This document shows positions 59,176-64,000 of a DNA stretch of 64,000 bases, one piece after another. The notes under the pieces are model-generated. The model had not been told where the DNA came from. It did no database searches and saw nothing but the letters and a program-made list of their open reading frames with translations. This stretch comes from Oscillospiraceae bacterium (lineage in GTDB: Bacteria; Bacillota; Clostridia; Oscillospirales; Oscillospiraceae). The stretch is from positions 1,275 through 65,274 of the forward strand of contig JAFQTF010000026.1 of the NCBI GenBank assembly GCA_017409205.1. The letters run 5' to 3'. Every line of letters begins with the position of its first letter. Position 1 is the first letter of the stretch. The position numbers and the translations under genes were made by a program.

Positions 59176-59203
59176 ATTTGCTTTTGCCCTTTGGAGGTAT
59201 GAT

Positions 59204-59290
59204 ATGAATATCATCAAAAATTATTTCTCACCCGTCCGTCCCGGCAATGATGTGATCCGGGAACTGCAGGGCCGCGTTCTGTGGTTCTGA
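59204..59290 (+). CDS. Micropeptide 3, 28 aa: MNIIKNYFSPVRPGNDVIRELQGRVLWF (not in ORF track)
   Basis: GGAGGT RBS; shares KNYF...E[ML]xGR with micropeptide 1. Confidence 0.75.
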   Translation: MNIIKNYFSPVRPGNDVIRELQGRVLWF

Positions 59291-59326
59291 TAAACTCTGC
59301 AACACACATTTCAGGAGGTTATTTTT

Positions 59327-59410
59327 ATGAATAAGACTTTTATGAAGGCTTTTACTGCTATTTCCAAGGCCCAGCGTACCTGGGAACTGCACGAAAACGG
59401 CACTTTCTAA
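59327..59410 (+). CDS. Micropeptide 4, 27 aa: MNKTFMKAFTAISKAQRTWELHENGTF (not in ORF track)
   Basis: AGGAGGT RBS; followed directly by the operon terminator. Confidence 0.7.
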   Translation: MNKTFMKAFTAISKAQRTWELHENGTF

Positions 59411-59415
59411 ATTTC

Positions 59416-59449
59416 AAAAGGCTGTCCGCTCCGGCGGGCAGCTTTTTTT
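59416..59449 (+). terminator. Intrinsic terminator closing the micropeptide operon
   Basis: gctgtccgc-tccg-gcgggcagc followed by 7 T. Confidence 0.85.
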
Positions 59450-59451
59450 GC

Positions 59452-59480
59452 GCACAATCACCGGCGGCAGCACATATACT
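59452..59480 (+). promoter_or_regulatory. Putative sigmaK/sigmaE promoter
   Basis: GCACA-16-CATATACT. Confidence 0.55.
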
Positions 59481-59518
59481 GCCATGAAAGAGTTTCCACA
59501 GAAAGGAAGGCGGTAATC

Positions 59519-59749
59519 ATGTCCGACTTTGATCGTGCCTTGCAGGAGGCCCTGCGCCTCTCCGGTACGCCCGAGGGAAAGCAGCTTGTTTCCATGCTGC
59601 AGCAGCTGGGCGGCGGCGACCTTCAGCAGACCCTTGACCGGGCTTCCGCCGGGGATCTGCATCAGGCACAGCAGCTGATCTCCTCCCTGATGCGCAATCC
59701 CCAGGCACGTCAGCTTTTACAGCAGCTGGGAGGAAGCTATGGAAAATGA
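59519..59749 (+). CDS. Hypothetical Gln/Leu-rich helical protein
   Basis: First of three coupled ORFs after a mother-cell-type promoter. Confidence 0.7.
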   Translation: MSDFDRALQEALRLSGTPEGKQLVSMLQQLGGGDLQQTLDRASAGDLHQAQQLISSLMRNPQARQLLQQLGGSYGK

Positions 59750-60077
59750 ACTGGAAGAAAAGCTGAGCTCCATCCTCAGCGATCCGGAAATGATGGGAAA
59801 GATCCAGGCCATGGCCCAGTCTCTGGGACAGAATATCCCCGCTCAGCCGGAAGAAAATCAGCCCGCCATCGATACCGGCATGCTGCGTAAGCTTTCCGGC
59901 TTGGCGACGCAGTCCGGCATTGATCAGAATCAGCAGGCTCTTCTTTCTGCACTGATGCCCTACCTCAGCCGGGATCGGGTAGGCAAACTGGAAAATGCCA
60001 TGCGGGCAGCAAAATTGGCAAAGCTGGCCTCCGGATTTCTGGGCAGCGGCGCACTTCAGGCCCTGACCGGGAGGTGA
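59739..60077 (+). CDS. Hypothetical protein (probably spore-associated)
   Basis: ILSDPE.M.KI...A.SL and LLSALMPYLS..R..KL..A pattern; GGAGG RBS. Confidence 0.72.
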   Translation: MENELEEKLSSILSDPEMMGKIQAMAQSLGQNIPAQPEENQPAIDTGMLRKLSGLATQSGIDQNQQALLSALMPYLSRDRVGKLENAMRAAKLAKLASGFLGSGALQALTGR

Positions 60078-60081
60078 GATC

Positions 60082-60423
60082 ATGTATAACCGCTATGTTC
60101 CCCAGTCCGATGGTACTTATCAGCGCAGGCGGGTCCCGGAGACGATCCCGCCACCCAGACCAGCCCCAGCATCCGCTGCCCCGGAAGCTGTTCCCTACCC
60201 GGTTCCGGAACCCCCGAAGCATCCGGTCCCGCCGAGACGCCCCCGGCCCGGAAGACCCCGGCAGGAGCCGGAGAGCATCGCATCCTTTCTGCGGCAACTG
60301 CTGCCCAGAGATTTTGACACCGGTGATCTGCTGGTGGTTGTGCTTCTGCTGCTGATGTCCGGTAATGACCGGGAGGATCAGAATACAGCACTGCTGACTT
60401 TGGCGCTTTACCTGTTTATGTGA
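60082..60423 (+). CDS. Hypothetical Pro-rich protein (probably spore-associated)
   Basis: MYNRY start, Pro-rich linker, DTGDLLVVVLLLL C-terminal motif; GGAGGTG RBS. Confidence 0.7.
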   Translation: MYNRYVPQSDGTYQRRRVPETIPPPRPAPASAAPEAVPYPVPEPPKHPVPPRRPRPGRPRQEPESIASFLRQLLPRDFDTGDLLVVVLLLLMSGNDREDQNTALLTLALYLFM

Positions 60424-60542
60424 AAGCCGTATCAGACGGCCCACTTTCCGGGCTGAATTCCTGTCTGCCCTCCGGGAATGGTTATGATGATTGCAATGTT
60501 CCTGCTTTTCTGCTATAATGCAGCAAACAGGAGGGCATTGCC

Positions 60543-61175
60543 ATGGAGAAGAAAAACAGATGCTTGTCTAAATTGTGCAGTCATTGGGATACGGCAGTTA
60601 TCCTGCTGCTGACCGTATGTATGTGCGCCGGAATCATGTGGCATGCCTCCCGGTGGATGCCGCAGCGCGAACGTTCCCTGCGCAGCAGCCTTCTGCATAC
60701 TGCCCGGGTCTGGCTGGACAGCAGCGAAGCAGACGGCAGTCATCAAGCCATTATCGACCGATACAACGCATACGATCCCAGCCCCAGAGACTATAAGGTG
60801 CAATATAACGACAACTGGTGCGCCACCTTCGGCAGCGCAGCAGCCATGGAAACCGGTCTGACCCATATCATTCCCCCGGAATGCAGCTGTGAACAGCAGA
60901 TCAACCGTTTCATGGCAATGGGGCGTTGGCAGGAGGATGAACGGTATCTCCCCCGTACCGGTGATTATATCTACTATGTATGGGATGAATGGCGGCAGGG
61001 AAACTGTACCGCTTGGGCGGATCATGTGGGCATTGTGGAGGGGACCTTCGGCCCGGTGATAAAGGTTCTGGAAGGCAATAAGGAGGATACCGTGGGTTAC
61101 CGGTATATTTTCCTCAACGATATCACAATCCGCGGCTTCGGTCTGCCGGATTACGCGGCTGTATCCGCACAATAA
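60543..61175 (+). CDS. Membrane-anchored CHAP domain cell wall hydrolase
   Basis: N-terminal TM helix; WCATF (Cys), GD, DHVGIV (His), EGN. Confidence 0.85.
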   Translation: MEKKNRCLSKLCSHWDTAVILLLTVCMCAGIMWHASRWMPQRERSLRSSLLHTARVWLDSSEADGSHQAIIDRYNAYDPSPRDYKVQYNDNWCATFGSAAAMETGLTHIIPPECSCEQQINRFMAMGRWQEDERYLPRTGDYIYYVWDEWRQGNCTAWADHVGIVEGTFGPVIKVLEGNKEDTVGYRYIFLNDITIRGFGLPDYAAVSAQ

Positions 61176-61212
61176 AAATCTGCCCATGGAAATTCCATGG
61201 GCAGTCTTTTTT
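61174..61212. terminator. Bidirectional intrinsic terminator
   Basis: ctgcccatgga-aat-tccatgggcag flanked by A and T runs. Confidence 0.78.
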
Positions 61213-62233
61213 ATCTCTGGACGAAACCAACCTTCTTGTAGACCTTGCGCAGGGTCTTTTCGGCAACGTAGCTTGCCTTCTGGGCGCCGTCACGGTAGAC
61301 GCCTTCCAGATAAGCCTTGTCCTTCAGCAGACGCTGGGACTCTTCACGGATGGGACGCAGATGCTCGATGACGGCATCGCCAACCACGGGCTTGAACTTG
61401 CCGTAACCGCAGCCGGCAAACTCGGTTTCGATTTCAGCGAAGGTCTTGCCGGTGACGGCAGAATAGATGCTCATCAGATTGGCAACACCGGGCTTGTTCT
61501 CAGGATCGAAACGGACACAGTTCTCGGTATCGGAGTCGGTGATGGCACGCTTGAACTTGCGCTGGATATCCTCAGGCCGCTCCATCAGGAACACACAGCC
61601 CTCAGGCATGGATTTGCTCATCTTGCTGTCAGGTGCGTTCAGACTCATGATCCGGGCGCCGGTCTCAGGGATATATGGTTCGGGAATCTTGAACACATCG
61701 CCGTAGACGCCGTTGAAGCGCTGGGCAACGTCACGGGTCAGCTCGCAGTGCTGCTTCTGGTCATGGCCAACAGGTACCAGATCCGGCTGGTACAGCAGGA
61801 TATCTGCAGCCATCAAAGCAGGATAGGTAAACAGACCGCCGTTGACATTCTCAGCGTGCTTGGTGGACTTGTCCTTGAACTGGGTCATGCGGCTCAGCTC
61901 ACCGAACATGGTATAGCAGTTCAGCACCCAGCCAAGTTCTGCATGCTGATGGACATGGGACTGGATAAACAGCGTATTCTTCTCCGGATCCAGACCGCAG
62001 GCAATATACTGGGCCAGCTGCTCGAGAGTACGGCGGCGCAGGTCAGCAGGTGTCTGGCGGACGGTAATGGTGTGCAGGTCTGCCATGAAATAGAAGCACT
62101 CATAGAGATCGGATCTGGCGCCCCAGTTCTTGATGGCGCCCAGGTAGTTGCCCAGATGCAGGTCGCCGGAAGGCTGGATGCCGGAGAGCATCCGCTTTTT
62201 GGGTGCAGTGGTTTCAGTGATGATATCGCTCAT
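61211..62233 (-). CDS. trpS: Tryptophanyl-tRNA synthetase
   Basis: SGIQPSG.LHLGNY (HIGH), YP.LMAADIL, VPVG.DQ.QH, KMSKS. Confidence 0.97.
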   Translation of the reverse strand: MSDIITETTAPKKRMLSGIQPSGDLHLGNYLGAIKNWGARSDLYECFYFMADLHTITVRQTPADLRRRTLEQLAQYIACGLDPEKNTLFIQSHVHQHAELGWVLNCYTMFGELSRMTQFKDKSTKHAENVNGGLFTYPALMAADILLYQPDLVPVGHDQKQHCELTRDVAQRFNGVYGDVFKIPEPYIPETGARIMSLNAPDSKMSKSMPEGCVFLMERPEDIQRKFKRAITDSDTENCVRFDPENKPGVANLMSIYSAVTGKTFAEIETEFAGCGYGKFKPVVGDAVIEHLRPIREESQRLLKDKAYLEGVYRDGAQKASYVAEKTLRKVYKKVGFVQR

Positions 62234-62347
62234 GTGGATTCACGTTCCTTTTTTTGTTGATTATTAAGTTATTGTAGCACAGGAAAATGGATAAGGCAAG
62301 GGAATTTTTAAGAGCAGCGGGAGCAGGCACGGTATTGCCCTTCGCTC

Positions 62348-62376
62348 TTGATTTCCCAGCCTCTGTGTGCTATACT
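62348..62376 (+). promoter_or_regulatory. SigmaA promoter of gltX
   Basis: TTGATT-17-TATACT with extended -10 TG. Confidence 0.65.
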
Positions 62377-62414
62377 CTATGCTAGAATATTATGAGCAAA
62401 AGAGGTAGATCATC

Positions 62415-64000
62415 ATGAATTATCAGGCACTTGCCGATCTTCTGTTCCCCAATGTTACTGACACCCCGGAATCTCTGGAAGAGCGATTCCCCCTGAGAAA
62501 TGTTCCCGAAGGCGCAGTCATCACCCGTATGGCCCCCTCTCCCACCGGTTTTGTCCATCTGGGCAATCTTGTGCAGGGTCTGACTTCCGAGCGCATGGCC
62601 CACCAGAGCGGCGGTGTGCTGTTCCTGCGTGTGGAAGACACCGATGCCAAGCGGGAAGTCCCCGGCGCTGTGGAAGTCCTCATCGACACCCTGAAGCACT
62701 ACGGCATCCAGTTTGACGAAGGTGCCACCCACGACGGCGACAACGGCCTCTACGGCCCCTACCGTCAGCGCCAGAGAGCCGGCATTTATCACGTCTACGC
62801 CAAGAAGCTGGTTTCCGAGGGACAGGCCTACCCCTGCTTCTGCACCGAGGAGCAGCTCAGCGCCATGCGTGAGCAGCAGGAAGCCAACAAAGAGACCACC
62901 GGCTACTACGGCAAATACGCCATGTGGCGCAACCGTTCCATGGAAGAAATCCAGGAACAGCTGGATGCCGGCAATCCCTGGGTCCTCCGTTTCCGCAGCG
63001 CCGGCTCCATTGAGAACCAGTTCAAGTTTGACGACCTGGTAAAGGGAAAGCTGACCATCACCGAAAACGATGTTGACCACGTTCTGCTGAAATCCGATGG
63101 CATCCCCACCTATCACTTCGCCCATGCTGTGGACGACCATCTGATGCGCACCACCCACGTTGTCCGTGGTGACGAATGGCTGCCCACCCTGCCCTTCCAT
63201 ATCCAGCTGTTCAAGGCACTGGGCTTCAAGCTGCCCAAGTATGTCCACATCGGACCTCTGATGAAGATGGACGGCAATTCCAAGCGCAAGCTCAGCAAGC
63301 GTAAGGATCCCGAGCTTGCCCTGACCTATTACAAGGCTGAGGGCTTCCCTGTGGAGGCTGTGTATGAATACATCCTCACCATCCTGAACTCCAACTTTGA
63401 GGACTGGCGCCGGGCCAACCCCGATGCGCCTGCCGATTCCTTTAAGTTCAGCCCCAAGAAGCTGAATCCCGCCGGCAGCCTCTTTGACTACGCCAAGCTG
63501 ACTGACGTCTCCAAGAATGTCATCTCCCGGATGGATGCTGCCAAGGTTTATACCCTGCTGACCGAATGGGCAAAGGAATTCGACCCCGACTTCTACGAAA
63601 AGCTGGCATCTGATCCTGAATACGCCACAAAGATCCTGGCCATCGGCCGGGGCGGCAAGAAGCCCCGCAAGGATCTGGCCGTATGGAAGGACGCCAAGCC
63701 TTACATGGGCTTCTTCTATGACGAATATCTGGAAGCTCCTGTTTTCGATGAGAAATTTGACAAGGCCACTGTGCTGGATGCCCTGACCCGGTTCCTTCAG
63801 AAGTTTGAAATCGCAGACGATTCCAACACCTGGTTTGCCAAGGTGAAGGAGATCACCGAGGAAATGGGCTTTACCTCCGACATGAAGGCCTACAAGGCAG
63901 ATTCCGCTGCCTTCCCCGGTACCGTTGCGGATATTTCCACCTTCATCCGCGTGGCCGCCACCGGCAAGACCAATTCTCCTGACCTATACACCGTGATGCA
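62415..64000 (+). CDS. gltX: Glutamyl-tRNA synthetase (3' truncated by window edge; absent from ORF track)
   Basis: ATG 62415 frame reads MNYQALADLLFP..TRMAPSPTGFVHLGN, LRVEDTD, GPYRQ, AYPCFC, PTYHFAH.VDDHLM.TTHV.RG.EW, KLSKR. Confidence 0.95.
   Translation, partial: MNYQALADLLFPNVTDTPESLEERFPLRNVPEGAVITRMAPSPTGFVHLGNLVQGLTSERMAHQSGGVLFLRVEDTDAKREVPGAVEVLIDTLKHYGIQFDEGATHDGDNGLYGPYRQRQRAGIYHVYAKKLVSEGQAYPCFCTEEQLSAMREQQEANKETTGYYGKYAMWRNRSMEEIQEQLDAGNPWVLRFRSAGSIENQFKFDDLVKGKLTITENDVDHVLLKSDGIPTYHFAHAVDDHLMRTTHVVRGDEWLPTLPFHIQLFKALGFKLPKYVHIGPLMKMDGNSKRKLSKRKDPELALTYYKAEGFPVEAVYEYILTILNSNFEDWRRANPDAPADSFKFSPKKLNPAGSLFDYAKLTDVSKNVISRMDAAKVYTLLTEWAKEFDPDFYEKLASDPEYATKILAIGRGGKKPRKDLAVWKDAKPYMGFFYDEYLEAPVFDEKFDKATVLDALTRFLQKFEIADDSNTWFAKVKEITEEMGFTSDMKAYKADSAAFPGTVADISTFIRVAATGKTNSPDLYTVM

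Noticed and set aside
58944-59410. Micropeptides as RiPP/bacteriocin precursors or type I toxins
   Set aside because: No double-glycine leader, no adjacent modification, protease or export genes, and no hydrophobic TM helix; possible only if the machinery acts in trans
62382-63298. Minus-strand ORFs near the window end
   Set aside because: Antisense to gltX, which the ORF track missed because it runs off the window without a stop codon

Overview
64 kb of mostly core chromosome from a spore-forming, fairly GC-rich clostridial Firmicute. Gene content and codon style suggest Oscillospiraceae/Ruminococcaceae (inference). In order: 3' end of pheT; ireB; a tandem duplication of a [small conserved gene + SH3-SH3-NlpC/P60 hydrolase] unit; spoVAD/spoVAE; addBA; spoIIR; ispE; a divergent Zn-ribbon/Ig protein and an atypical Ser/Thr kinase; a PcrA-like helicase; an 8-gene aromatic amino acid operon (aroF-tyrA-aroB-aroA-aroC-pheA-aroE/K-aroQ); an ABC exporter; glyA; GH3 + HAD genes; a pepV-dipeptide epimerase-transglutaminase operon; carD; asnB; a split sleC-like locus; coaX; an AraC gene; trpS; and the 5' part of gltX. 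No rRNA, tRNA, CRISPR array, transposase or prophage was seen. The most interesting signals are too small for the ORF track: (1) an operon of four 27-31 aa micropeptides, each with its own GGAGG RBS and two clearly paralogous, transcribed divergently from an AraC regulator (58944-59410); (2) a Phe/Tyr-rich leader peptide with attenuator hairpins ahead of the aro operon (23758-23910); (3) a 37-aa Asn/Gln-rich peptide with a sigmaG-like promoter after spoVAE (6389-6502); (4) an ORF-less, structured minus-strand transcription unit that is a candidate ncRNA (55520-55665); (5) perfect WalR-type boxes conserved in both duplicated hydrolase promoters. All calls come from reading the sequence; no database searches were run.
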